A stretch of DNA of 63,553 nucleotides, the filler included, from Octopus bimaculoides (lineage: Eukaryota): assembly GCF_001194135.2 (NCBI RefSeq). It is 5 parts of 4 records of this genome, joined end to end, with 100 filler letters (N's around TTAATTAATTAA, not from the genome) between each part and the next. Parts side by side here need not be neighbours in the genome. Positions count along the whole stretch, not along the records: positions 1 to 13,542 come from NC_068988.1; 4 more parts are not named here. The stretch is one strand, 5' to 3'. Both the position numbers and the translations under genes were made by a program. This document shows positions 1 through 12,264 of the stretch, in pieces (the stretch's first letter is position 1; each line of letters starts with the position of its first letter). A model generated the notes under the pieces. It was not told the DNA's origin and searched no databases. It was given only the letters and a program-made list of their open reading frames with translations.

Positions 1-21
1 ATATACATGTATATATTTATT

Positions 22-330
22 TATTTATGCGCCCTTTTCAAGCCTAGCCAGGCTCATGGGCCCGGTTTCCCGGTTTCTATGGCGTATGTGTTCGCCCCAG
101 CTGGACGGGTCACCAGTCCATCGCAGCGTTACTCAAGAAACAAGAAGAAAGAGTGAGAGAAAGTTCGGGTGAAAGAGTACAACAGGGGTCACCACCACCC
201 CCTGCCGGAGCCTCGTGGAGCTTTAGGTGTTTTCGCTCAATAAACACACACAACGCCCGGTCTGGGAATCGAAACCGCGATCCTCCCACCGCAAGTCTGC
301 TGCTCTAACCGCTGGGCAATTGCGCCTCCA
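22..330 (-). mobile_element. tRNA-derived SINE, family C head with a V-domain-like 3' body
   Basis: The minus strand begins TGGAGGCGCAATTGCCCAGCGGTTAGAGCAGCAGAC...GGTTTCGATTCCCAGACCGGGCG, giving A-box-like and B-box-like Pol III motifs. The body contains GCGATGGACTGGTGACCCGTCCAG and ends in an (AAAT)n tail. The same head occurs at 52330. Confidence 0.85.
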
Positions 331-2150
331 CACACACACACACACATACACACACATACACACACATGCACACACACATATGTATAAATATGTATGTATG
401 TATGTATGCATGTATGTATTTATGTATGTATGTGTGTATGTATGTATGAATTAATGAATGAATGAACGTATATGTACTTATGATCATTGGAATCTTTGTC
501 ATATAATTATTTCATACTTCCCAAAACTATGTCATTTCTATACGTTCGGTATTAACAAAGACCTCAAGCAAATTCTTTTGAGTAGGAATTATTTTGATAC
601 TTATATCCCAATATACATATGAAGATATGTTCTCTCATTCAATTCAAATGAGGATATAGATCCATAATCTTTCTCCCCTTTATATTTTGCTACTAAATCA
701 GTCTCTATTTTGATAACTCTACACAATCAGTGATTGTTGTTTTTTACTTTCAACTATAACAAAATATAAAACCAATATAATATTTGTTTCGTTTTGATCA
801 CTTAAAAATATACTCTAGTGATATTCATTGTGCTACGGGATAACTAGATATAATGTCAGCTCTTTCACATGATGCAGAAGAGGGATTTGAGCCGGTCAAA
901 TGCTCATGGATAATATTAAAGCACAAACATACTGCATTTCACACACAATATATTTTCGTAAGTAGACCCTGGATTTCCTAGTAAAAGACATATCTGTCAT
1001 CACTTTATATTTCCCCAGATATCCCAAGCTTCATGTCCACATTAGGATAAATGATTACTAATCTTTTCCAGGTAACAGTATGATGCGTGTTAGAAGCCGG
1101 AGTGGTTGCTTAATACGTTGAAAACTGATCGCTCTGAGAACGATAAGACTGCAAATCTCTCAGATACATCAATCTAAATATAATCCCGGAGGAAAAATAT
1201 GAGCAATCTGTTATGTAATAAATGCGTATCGCTTAAGAAAGATAAAAAAAAATGACTACTAGCTATGACAGTGAATATATCTTCTTTGAATAAAAGCTGG
1301 GTCATGACATTTTACGATGATTTCACCTTAGAAATCGGGATCAGAAAGTTTTGATATACTACCCTGTGCAAAAAATGTCATCAAACGTGAATTATATGAC
1401 AAGAAATAATATCAAGTACATAATTTTGGTAATATACGTTTTAAATATCGCTATCTAGGATTTGTACAAATCTGTCAGCAAAAAAAAGCAACACACAACT
1501 AATCTTAATTCATTTGTATGTTGACTTGTCTTAGTATAAATCTACCATTTCTCATGCAGATCAAACATTTTTATAATGAATTGAATATAATTTAACATAC
1601 TATTGGCACTTACCTTATAGACTATGAAGGTATTAAATCTTATGAAAATAATGTGCAGTTTAAAGTATTTCGACAAAACAATACAATCAGGTATTATGTT
1701 TTGACAAATATATAATACAATTAAATAATTCAGTCAAATGTTCTTGTGTCAAAAAATGATCGTACTTCTTCATGAATTTTCTCAAGCGATAACGGAAAGA
1801 TCTTGTTTGCAATGAAAATATAAATTCAGTAAGTGGTTTCTCTAGTGTCTTAATCTGTCCGTGGCCAGAAAATGGGATTCGTTTGACTAGTTTTTAATCT
1901 AATGAAAAATCTACATCAGAAAAGCGTCACCCATTTCGTGCCAAAGTAAATACTAGAAGTTTATAAATATTTCTAGTAAATGCAGAATAGTCAACGGCTT
2001 ATCTGGTCACTGTATTATATAAGAGTGGATACAACAGATTAATTCATAATGTATTTCTTCATATGTCAGCTTGAATTAATGACTATAGTTTTACTTTCTG
2101 TTTCTTTCTCTCTCTCCATCTCTCTCCTTGCACTCTCTCTCTCTATTTGT

Positions 2151-2180
<30 letters not shown>

Positions 2181-2181
<1 letters not shown>

Positions 2182-2507
2182 CTATATATATATAAAAATG
2201 AGAATGTGCGTCTGTCTGTCTGTCTGTGTGAATCCCTAAAACTCGAGAACTACGCAACCAATTTCATTCAAATTTTACACATACCTTACTTAGGGTTCCA
2301 GTTGTGTTTTAGTCAAAAAAATTATTAACTTCTTGCAGAGTTCGAGCACACGGCAACATAATATCTCCTCCACTATTTAAGTATTACGTGTCAAAAGTGA
2401 AACAAAAACAATCATGTCAAATACTTTCACTTTAAAAATGAAACTATTCCACTAACTGAAACAATCACATTTCGATACTGTTGTGACAGATACTTTCACA
2501 GAGAGAG
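2181..2507 (+). mobile_element. Non-autonomous Helitron-like element, 5' portion running into a gap
   Basis: A|TCTATATATATATAAAAATGAGAATGT followed by (CTGT)n and AACTACGCAACCAATTTCATTCAAATTTTACAC, the typical 5' layout of non-autonomous Helitrons. The 3' end may be the hairpin-CTAG at 3678-3706. Confidence 0.5.
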
Positions 2508-3615
2508 NNNNNNNNNNNNNNNNNNNNNNNNNNNNNNNNNNNNNNNNNNNNNNNNNNNNNNNNNNNNNNNNNNNNNNNNNNNNNNNNNNNNNNNNNNNNN
2601 NNNNNNNNNNNNNNNNNNNNNNNNNNNNNNNNNNNNNNNNNNNNNNNNNNNNNNNNNNNNNNNNNNNNNNNNNNNNNNNNNNNNNNNNNNNNNNNNNNNN
2701 NNNNNNNNNNNNNNNNNNNNNNNNNNNNNNNNNNNNNNNNNNNNNNNNNNNNNNNNNNNNNNNNNNNNNNNNNNNNNNNNNNNNNNNNNNNNNNNNNNNN
2801 NNNNNNNNNNNNNNNNNNNNNNNNNNNNNNNNNNNNNNNNNNNNNNNNNNNNNNNNNNNNNNNNNNNNNNNNNNNNNNNNNNNNNNNNNNNNNNNNNNNN
2901 NNNNNNNNNNNNNNNNNNNNNNNNNNNNNNNNNNNNNNNNNNNNNNNNNNNNNNNNNNNNNNNNNNNNNNNNNNNNNNNNNNNNNNNNNNNNNNNNNNNN
3001 NNNNNNNNNNNNNNNNNNNNNNNNNNNNNNNNNNNNNNNNNNNNNNNNNNNNNNNNNNNNNNNNNNNNNNNNNNNNNNNNNNNNNNNNNNNNNNNNNNNN
3101 NNNNNNNNNNNNNNNNNNNNNNNNNNNNNNNNNNNNNNNNNNNNNNNNNNNNNNNNNNNNNNNNNNNNNNNNNNNNNNNNNNNNNNNNNNNNNNNNNNNN
3201 NNNNNNNNNNNNNNNNNNNNNNNNNNNNNNNNNNNNNNNNNNNNNNNNNNNNNNNNNNNNNNNNNNNNNNNNNNNNNNNNNNNNNNNNNNNNNNNNNNNN
3301 NNNNNNNNNNNNNNNNNNNNNNNNNNNNNNNNNNNNNNNNNNNNNNNNNNNNNNNNNNNNNNNNNNNNNNNNNNNNNNNNNNNNNNNNNNNNNNNNNNNN
3401 NNNNNNNNNNNNNNNNNNNNNNNNNNNNNNNNNNNNNNNNNTGTATATGCTCCACAAGGGAAAACAAGGAACATACTTTACAACGAGGTGTTATAATCAC
3501 AACAGCAAGAAAGTATGTACATGATCACCTTCTTTTACGAAACTTCATTGACTTTCATATATTTATATTGATATACATATATATACGTGTGTTTGGGTGC
3601 GTATGTGTATGTACA

Positions 3616-3706
3616 TCTCTATATATAAAGATGATGCGTAGTCTAGACGGCGTTTTTAGATATCATTATTCTCTTTAACCCGGGCAACGCCGGGTATTTC
3701 TGCTAG
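3616..3706 (+). mobile_element. Helitron 3' terminus, possibly a 91-bp mini-Helitron
   Basis: Hairpin ACCCGG-gcaacg-CCGGGT (3678-3695), then 7 nt, then CTAG|T at 3703-3707. There is a candidate A|TC 5' end at 3616. Confidence 0.75.
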
Positions 3707-3739
<33 letters not shown>

Positions 3740-3976
3740 TTATATATTACGGGTGCGTGTGTGTGTGTATGTATGTGTGAGTGTATTACCAAATGCCCAT
3801 ATATGTATAGCATATATAATATATATACACATAATATACACACGAACACACACGTACATACATATGTATTTACATACATATAGATACATAAATGCATATA
3901 TATATTTATATACATAAGTGTGTGTGGGCGGGTGCGCGTGTGTGCGTGCGTGTATATATATATATATATATATATA

Positions 3977-5242
3977 CAGTGGTTGGATAAAATTATGGTA
4001 ATGCATTAAAATTTCAAACAAATTTATTCTAATATAGGGTAGGACCGTTTTGGCAGTAATTACATCTTGAATTCCACGAGGGATGGACTCGTACAAAGTT
4101 TCAATTCTTTCCAAAGGAAGTTTTGTCCATTCTTCAGCTAAAACAGTTTCCCGTTCTTGTAGTGATGATCGTGGAGGATATCCAGGCCTCACTTGTTTTT
4201 TCTAAAATGCACCATAAATGTTGATTAATATTGAGATCTGGGGATTGTTGTGGCCAGATAAGATGTTGAACGTCACTGGAATGTACTTCTTGCCATTCAG
4301 TAAGAATTTAGCTGTGTGAATTGGTGCATTATCATCTTGAAAGATTGTGTTTCCCTCCGGAAACAGTTCCGCAACCATAGGGTGAATTTGACCAGATAAA
4401 ATGCTTAAATAGTCTTGACTATTAATTCTGTCATGAAGGGAAACTATTGGATCGGTGGATTTCCGAGATATAGAACCCCCACAGATAATCACAGATCCTC
4501 TTCCATGTTTAACAGTTGGAAAAGGCAGTCTGGGTCAAATGCTTCTTTTGGCTGTCTCCATACGTATACTCGGCCGGTGGTCGGAAATAAGGTAAAAGAT
4601 GACTTGCCCGAGAAAACATCCTTCCACTACTCTAGGGACCAATTCGGTAGGTTTTTACTCCATTTAAAAAGTTTTTGCAACGTTTGTTTTTGGAAGTAGT
4701 GGTTTTCTGATTGCAGCCCTCCCGTGAAATCCGGCTTTGTGCAGCTCCCGGCAAACAGTTTTTGTGGAAGCTGGGTTATCGAGGTTGTTATTAAGCTCTG
4801 CAGTAATTTTGGGAGCTGTACTTTAGTGATCCTAACAATACGGGTAAGCAACCGACTGTCCCTATCTGAAAGTTTTGGTTTTCTTCCGGAGCTTTGTTTC
4901 GACGAGGCGGTTTTTCCCTCTTTCTGAAAGGCAGTCATTACTTTCGACAGTACTTCTTGATACACCAAACATTTCGGCTGTTTTCGTTAACTAGCGCTCG
5001 ACATACGAGTACCAATGATTTGACCTTTTTGAAAGTCCGATAGATCTGTCATTTTAATGAAACTTAACTATCCTTTTCTGATGATATCTGAAAAGAAACA
5101 GCAATTTTAGCAAAACATGTTAAACAACACTAATAAAAAAAACAAACAAAAACATAAAAATAAACAAGCTTTTGACGGTTTTATAGATATTTCAAAATTA
5201 TGGTGCTATGCTAGGTGTTTCCATTATTTTGTTCAACCCCTG
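3977..5242 (-). mobile_element. Full-length decayed Tc1-type (DD34E-like) DNA transposon, 1266 bp
   Basis: 25-bp TIRs CAGTGGTTGGATAAAATTATGGTAA / CAGGGGTTGAACAAAATAATGGAAA match at 20/25, with flanking TA. The broken transposase on the minus strand runs from ATG 5052: MTDLSDFQKGQIIG, SGRKPKLSDRD, IFQDDNAPIHTAK, EEWTKLPLERIETLYESIP. It has stops and frameshifts. Confidence 0.95.
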
Positions 5243-6814
5243 TATATATACATACACACATCTGATATATGATCTGATATTTACCTTTTGTTTCGAGAAT
5301 GTGAAAGTCAAATCTTCGAGTTCAGTCCAGTGTTCTAACCTTTGTAATTAGATGTGTTTACTGGGTTTTCCAGCTTACTGGGGAATATTATTTTAGGTTT
5401 CACCAAAGAACGTAGGGTAGGTTAACCTAGAACATTTTTAATTAACAGAGACTTTGTAAAGCTAAGATGAACCTAAGCGTATTACAGTCCGAGTCTTTCT
5501 TGGTTCGTTGGAACTTGATATCACGCATAACTATGAATGCCTCTGTCTATAACTAAACTGATTCAACGAAGTGAAACGAAGCGAAGAACAACATATTCCT
5601 GCTAATTCCTATTATTGTTACCATATATTGATATAGCACATCATTACAAAAGTGATTTTATGTGCAAAGTTTACTATATAAAATTATAACAATAGCACAT
5701 CCAATTGACACAAATTGAGATAGCGGAAGAGTAAGCATTTTAATTTAGATAAATGCAGCACTGGTCTCATGAAGATTTAAACGTTTCTTAAAACACTTGG
5801 CAAAAGTAAACTCCCTGATCATCAATTCTACTACTGCGTTATTCATAATGTTTGCAAGTAAAATTAAGTGCAACAGTCCTTCCAATTTTCACTTCTAACT
5901 GCTCTACTCAGCATGTAATTACATTAACCATACGAACAAGATTTTTTTACATAGGAAAGGAAATAACAAAGTCCCACACTCTCAAGTTCCGTAAAGTAAC
6001 GTGGAGTTTTGCGTACCTTATCCAACATGGAGACACATTAACTACGCTTTTAATTTTCACATTAAACTAAAATTTGCAATCTACAAAATACGTATCTCCG
6101 TCCATCTCTTTGTTGCGCGCACGCACGCACACATATACACACGTATGGAACTTCTGCTTTCGGTACTCTACCGTCATATCGTTCACTCTGTTCCTTTCTC
6201 AATTATCTAATTTTGGATGCGCTCCCTTAATAATATTCCAAACATAGATTATTCTACGGCCCTTTGTATCGCAGCAATCGATGTTCTATCCTCTTCGTAT
6301 TCGCCCACGTGTCACCTGCGTATAAGAGCGCAGGTAGGACGTTGCTATCGAAGAGTCTGGCTCAAATGGCATTGCCTAATTTTGATTGGAGCACATACTT
6401 TATTGAATAAAATGTCTTCAATCGTACCCTTATTGTCTTTGAGATTTCAGCAGCAATACCTTGATACCTTTAACTGTGTACCCTAAGTAGACGTACTCCA
6501 TTGCCTCCTCGATTTCGCCGCTTCTCACCTTTATTTCATCTCGTGCTACTTATTCCAACCGCTGCGTATACATGTACATACTTTCATACGTACATATATG
6601 TATATGTGTGTGTGTGTGTGCGTGTGTGTTTGTGTGTGTCTGTCTCTGTGTGTGTGTATGTGTGTAATGTATAGACACACAGAGAGAATACTTTTATTCT
6701 TTTACTTGTTTCAGTCATTTTCTCACAGCCATGCTGGAAATTGCGCACGCACATACACATACACACACACACACATACACACACACACAAAACACACACT
6801 CACATACTGCCATA

Positions 6815-7315
6815 ACGAACCTTGAGAAACATACTGAAAAGCAATTCTATTAGTTTTCCGAACCTACTGAGAGTGTACAAGACCTCTGTGACCTCGATCC
6901 TACTGTATAGTTGTGAGAGGTGAATTCTTACAGCTGACGTGTATTAAAGGCACCAGGCATTTGAGTACAAGTGCATCAAAGGGTTATTACGCATCCCGTT
7001 CAAAGTGAAGTACTTTGTCAGACAGCAAGTCAGCAAATACACTGGTAGACAGGAACCACATCTTGTTCAAGTATAAGGACAACAGTATGGCTGTTACGGT
7101 CATGTATTACGCCAAAACTCCATGCCAGAAACCATTCTTCAGGTCACAGTCGAAGTGGGAGACAGAAAATCGTAGTTTGACAACATCAAGGACTGGACAA
7201 GTAAAGAAACACAGCGAACCTAGTATGCATGAGAGAAACAAGAAACCTATGGCGGCGGCTAACTACGAAAGCATCTAAGGTGACAGTTCAACGACTGGTT
7301 GCGTCAGTTAAGAGA
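6815..7315 (+). mobile_element. RTE-clade LINE 3' fragment (decayed)
   Basis: Manual translation gives RVYKTSVTSILLYSCER*ILTAD...QAFEYKCIKGLLRIP and YGHVLRQNSMPETILQVTVE...FDNIKDWT, matching the RTE RT C-terminal pattern LLYGCETW / WYGHV.R / TILQGTVEG. Confidence 0.8.
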
Positions 7316-7989
7316 TTTTGTTGGAGAACGTAACGTTATATATATATATATATATATATATNNNNNNNNNNNNNNNNNNNNNNNNNNNNNNNNNNNNNNN
7401 NNNNNNNNNNNNNNNNNNNNNNNNNNNNNNNNNNNNNNNNNNNNNNNNNNNNNNNNNNNNNNNNNNNNNNNNNNNNNNNNNNNNNNNNNNNNNNNNNNNN
7501 NNNNNNNNNNNNNNNNNNNNNNNNNNNNNNNNNNNNNNNNNNNNNNNNNNNNNNNNNNNNNNNNNNNNNNNNNNNNNNNNNNNNNNNNNNNNNNNNNNNN
7601 NNNNNNNNNNNNNNNNNNNNNNNNNNNNNNNNNNNNNNNNNNNNNNNNNNNNNNNNNNNNNNNNNNNNNNNNNNNNNNNNNNNNNNNNNNNNNNNNNNNN
7701 NNNNNNNNNNNNNNNNNNNNNNNNNNNNNNNNNNNNNNNNNNNNNNNNNNNNNNNNNNNNNNNNNNNNNNNNNNNNNNNNNNNNNNNNNNNNNNNNNNNN
7801 NNNNNNNNNNNTATATATATATATATATATATATGAATGTATATATGCATACACACATACACACACACACACATATCCTTTTACACTTACCGGTTGTGTG
7901 CGTATATGATTATATGTGTCTATGTATGCGTGTATCTGTGTTTGTGTGAGATTTAAACATCTTTTGTCTTGGCCAAATGAATTTAAATT

Positions 7990-8330
7990 TTTCCTGTTTT
8001 GTGATTATGACGTCATAATATGATTAACGTTTGTCGGGGATTTTAGTTTCAAACAACTTCAGTCTCTTTCAGCCTCTCGCGGTAACTAGATGCTAGGGAA
8101 TGTGTGGGCCAGGGAGCGTACCTAAGGATCTGAAGACAACAGTGAAGTGAGAGTCATCTTCACCTCATTTTCAGTGTTTGTGGGGATGTTTTATGCCCCT
8201 TTAAGTTCTTCAACACCCAATGTAACATGCTGGTTGGTCGCTTGTGTTAGTTACAAGGTGTACGGTAGTGTTACTTTAATCGTATGAATTTTTAGCCAGG
8301 CGATTCCAGTACAGGAAACCCAGGGGGCCC
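7990..8330 (-). mobile_element. Possible CR1/L2-type LINE C-terminal remnant
   Basis: The minus strand gives SMLHWVLKNL and SYRERLKE, resembling the CR1 motifs RMLG.IKR and LSYEERLK. It is heavily decayed. Confidence 0.35.
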
Positions 8331-9120
8331 AACCAGAAACATTCCTCACTCTCCATACATTTCTGAAGAATAATTCATCGTAAATAATTCTTTGATATAA
8401 CTCTCAAAACTAACAATAACTTGAAATAACGATCAACATGAGGAACGCGAAATATACATATAATTCATGCGTATGAGAGCAGAAGATAACTACAGACATG
8501 GTGAGTATTTTAATAAGAATTTGCTTCAAGTTACTTCAATAATAAAGCAACATGTATTCTATATTCGATGGTAATGGTTAGTATTTGAATAAAAAATAAG
8601 TTTTTCTATTATAATGTTTGAGCATTACAAAAAAAATTTGTAATAAATCAGTATTTATTCTTCATCTGATCTTCGATAAATTGCGTAAGCCAGATGAGTA
8701 TTTTAATAAAAATTGCTTGTTCCTCAAAATGTCTGAGCATTTAAAATTACTTTTATAATGAAGAAACATTCTACAGTCGATGTTCGCTTCACTGGTAGGT
8801 ATTTCAATAAAAAGTAAATTTCGTTACTAAAATGTTTGAGCATTTTTTTCAAGTTATTTCTATACTAAAACACTCACCATTTGATGTTCGACATACTGCA
8901 TATATCACCATTATAGCGAAACACATGACCTTCGTTTACAAATATATAATCTGTTTGAGTTTATGTGTTTCTGCATGTGTTTCTGCATGCGTTAATGTCT
9001 GTTTAAATTGCAGTGTATATCTGTGGCTCTCCATCGCTCATTGTATTTCGTTCCTCTATCTTTGGATATCTTCGTTTGAATCTATCAGAGGCACCCTCGC
9101 CCGCTTTCTATTTTTTCTTT

Positions 9121-9240
9121 GTCTGTCTGCCTGTCCGTCTGTCCGTCTGTCTGTCTGTCCGTCCGTCCGTCCGTCCGTCCTTCCGTCTGTCCGTCCGTCC
9201 GTCCGTCCGTCTGTCTGTCTGTCTGTCTATCTATCTGACT
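9121..9240. repeat. (CCGT/CTGT)n tetranucleotide microsatellite
   Basis: Direct reading of the sequence. Confidence 0.9.
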
Positions 9241-11119
9241 GACGTGATGTCGCATTGGCTCAGCAAGTAACCCTTTTTTTCGACCTTTTATTGCACAGAT
9301 TTTCTTTCAGTTTTTGCACACAAGGTGTGTAAAGCACCCAGCTTTCGTTTGTGTTTTCAATGGAAGAATTGACCCCTAGGATAGTTTCAAACCTATTTAC
9401 ATTTCTATTTTCTTCGGTTTCCTTGCCATATTTCTAAACAAATATGGCTCAGCGAAACAATGAAGCCGACTTCCCGCCTCTACCAATGCTAGAGGCGAAA
9501 GAAGCTCTAAAACCAAAGCCGTTCCGCGTGATCGCACACAGGCTTTAGAAGACACGAATGCTTCTGCTACTATAATCACTGCTTCCACCACTGCTACCAC
9601 CGCCATCGCCATCACCACCACAACCAACACGAATACCGATAACAATATTGCCGCAGCTTTGAAGCCAAAGGAACGAATAATGCATTTTTCCAATGAAGAA
9701 TAAACAAATAATTTGTAAGACCACTATTTAAATCATCATGTTAAAAATTCAATAAACAAAATCGTAAGCGTTTACAATGTGGGAAGCAACGATCATACTA
9801 CGGACAGGGCAACTTAAGTCTTTAAAACTTTCTAATCTCTGAAATTAACGTTCCATTCTGAATGATTTCCAAATCCATTCGTGACAATCTTCCGTTTTTG
9901 TCAAAGTAGAAAATGCTCTACATCCTCTCGAGTGTCCTCCGTACGCTGCTCATTAATTGTTGACATGCTTTTCACAAACATCAGTTTTCTCATATACTCT
10001 CCCATTAATCATATTGTATTTCTCTATCCATATTCGACAGTTCTCTTAAACTCTCATTTTCTCGGAATCCGTCTAGCAAGGCTTGTTTCATCAACTCTTT
10101 TTTTAAAGGGCATATTGAATCTTCTACGCTTTCATGGGCGGTGGTATGTTAATATTTTTTTAACTTCGAATTTGTTTTGATAAAATTGTCATGCAATGAG
10201 TAGGATATTTCATATTATACACCCGTCCTGTATTTTACAGTTTCTGCAACTTGACATATATCCAGAATTATTTTGGCCCAGAACATTAACAACAGATATG
10301 CAGCTGCCATTTAAAGTCTTTATCTTTTTTCGTTTAGAGCAAATATCTGTATTTTCTTGTTTAACTATCCCCATTTCCCTTCTGCTTGATAAATTTCTTT
10401 TCGCTTAAATTAATGTTCTTGCTTACAAAATTTCCGAAAGCTTTTAAAACCCCCGACAACGTCTACGTCAGAGGAAGAATACGACGGTTTTACACAAGTA
10501 ACTGATGTTAGTAAATGAGCAATTATAGCGTAGAACATTTCATATTATACTGCAAGTGCAACTATAAGTGCACTGATCAGAAGGCAGTTAGTGCGGAGAA
10601 AATTTGATACGAAATCGAGAAATAATATAACAGATTTTGTGTGTTTTTGAATGGCTAACATGTGTTTTCCGCGGTGTAATTAGTTTAGTTTCAACACATG
10701 ACAGATCGAATCGCTTGCCAGACAAGACAATCTCGGAAATCATTAAATACAATATACCCCTATACCCCGCCCCATGATAAACCTCGTGTTTCGGTAGCAA
10801 CTTAAAGTTGATGGATACCCAAACGTCCCACAAACGCGTTAATTCGATATCACCATCGATCTATGAATTAACAGGTCCCTTCACTTGAAAACACCACTAA
10901 GATAGCAACGGCATGCACAGCAATACCAATACCAATAACAAAAAAAATAATAACTCATGACTACTACCTCTACCACCATCACCACCACATCCACTACTAA
11001 TGTTGTTAACCCTACTGCCGTCGTCTTCGCCGCTGCTACTTCCACTACTACTACCACCACCACCACTACTACTACTACTAATAATAATAATAGTAATAAT
11101 ATTGATTTCACATTTTGGT

Positions 11120-11343
11120 AACAGGCCAGCAATTTCGGCGGAAAGAAGAAATCGAATTTCATCGAACCCAGTACTCAACTGGTACTTATTTTATTGACTC
11201 CAAAAGGATGAAAGGCAAAGTTAACTTCGGCAGAATTTGAACTCGGAGCGTAAAGACGGATGAGATGCCCGGTGTGCTAACGACTGTACCAGTTCATACC
11301 GCTCGAAAATTTTGCTCGGTATGCTAACGATTCCGCCAGCTCA
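11120..11343 (-). mobile_element. SINE family A (tRNA-like head plus CORE-like domain)
   Basis: Reverse complement of GTGAGCTGGCGGAATCGTTAGC...GAGTTCAAATTCTGCCGAAGTTAACTTTGCCTTTCATCCTTTTGGAGTCAATAAAATAAGTACCAG. Confidence 0.85.
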
Positions 11344-12124
11344 CAACGTTAATATTGATAATATAAATAATAATTGCTTTATTGGTCTCAGAGACTGCAG
11401 ACATATCTAGGAAGATACAAAGACACGCAATACTGTGGATTTACATAAATACATGATGAAAATCAATAATAAAAATAACAATTAACGATCCAGCTTCTGA
11501 AGACTGGTTCGAAATCCAGCGTCTTGAGAACTGTTGCCAAACGTTATAACCAAATCTATAAAAATCTTGAATGTTTTAAATTGATCAGAGCCCTATTCAC
11601 GTTAGGTTCCTTATCCTTTCTATGATATATCGCTTGAGTTTTAAGTTGTTATGAACAGACATGCGTGAGATAGCAAATGTCTAGGCATTACCGACAAGAA
11701 AAGTCGATGACAAGCGCCAATATCTTAGATTTTGCCAAGATATTAGCGAACAAATCTGGATTATGAAAAGCATATTTTATACGGCAGGCCATCCAGTCTC
11801 TATTTTTTAATTTCTTTAGTATCAACTCTGCTATTATAAAGAATTTCAAAACATATGATGTTACACTGTTTGTGTATTTTTGGTTTTGGAGGAATTGATT
11901 GGTATTTGTCTGTGTTTGGTGCGTGTGTCTGTCTTTTTTTCTTTTTTTGGTGAAGCCGTTGTGATTTTGCTTTTCGTTCACAGAAAGGGTAGCGAAGTGC
12001 ATCTAACATGGAAATAACAACAAAAACAACAACAACAGTAGTTATAGTACTATTAGTAGTAGTAGAAGTAGTAGTAGTAGTAGTAGTAGTACTACTACTA
12101 CTACTACTAATATTAATCCTTTCC

Positions 12125-12236
12125 ACTATAAGCACATGACCTAAAAATTTTGGGGAGGGGTTAAGTCGATTACATCGACCTCAGTACTCAACTGGTACAT
12201 AATCTATCGATACCGAAATGATGAAAGGCAAAGTCA
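12125..12236 (-). mobile_element. SINE family A, 3' partial
   Basis: Contains AAGTCGATTACATCGACCTCAGTACTCAACTGGTAC...GATGAAAGGCAAAGTC. Confidence 0.75.
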
Positions 12237-12264
12237 ATAAAACTCACTCAGACAGAATAATGAT

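Noticed and set aside
855-890. Minus-strand peptide PSSASCERA resembling the hAT dimerisation motif
   Set aside because: The match is only 9 residues, with no supporting flanking motifs or TIRs.
2452-3500. Long ORFs of 330-340 aa, and all similar X-filled ORFs elsewhere in the track
   Set aside because: They are open only because they cross N-gaps.
9050-9330. DINE-1/Helentron-like element suggested by the (GTCY)n microsatellite
   Set aside because: I could not find subterminal inverted repeats or a 3' stem-loop.
9397-9693. 98-aa minus-strand ORF with a hydrophobic Val/Ala stretch
   Set aside because: The hydrophobic part comes from a degenerate (CAC/TAC)n run, and there is no recognisable domain or splice support.
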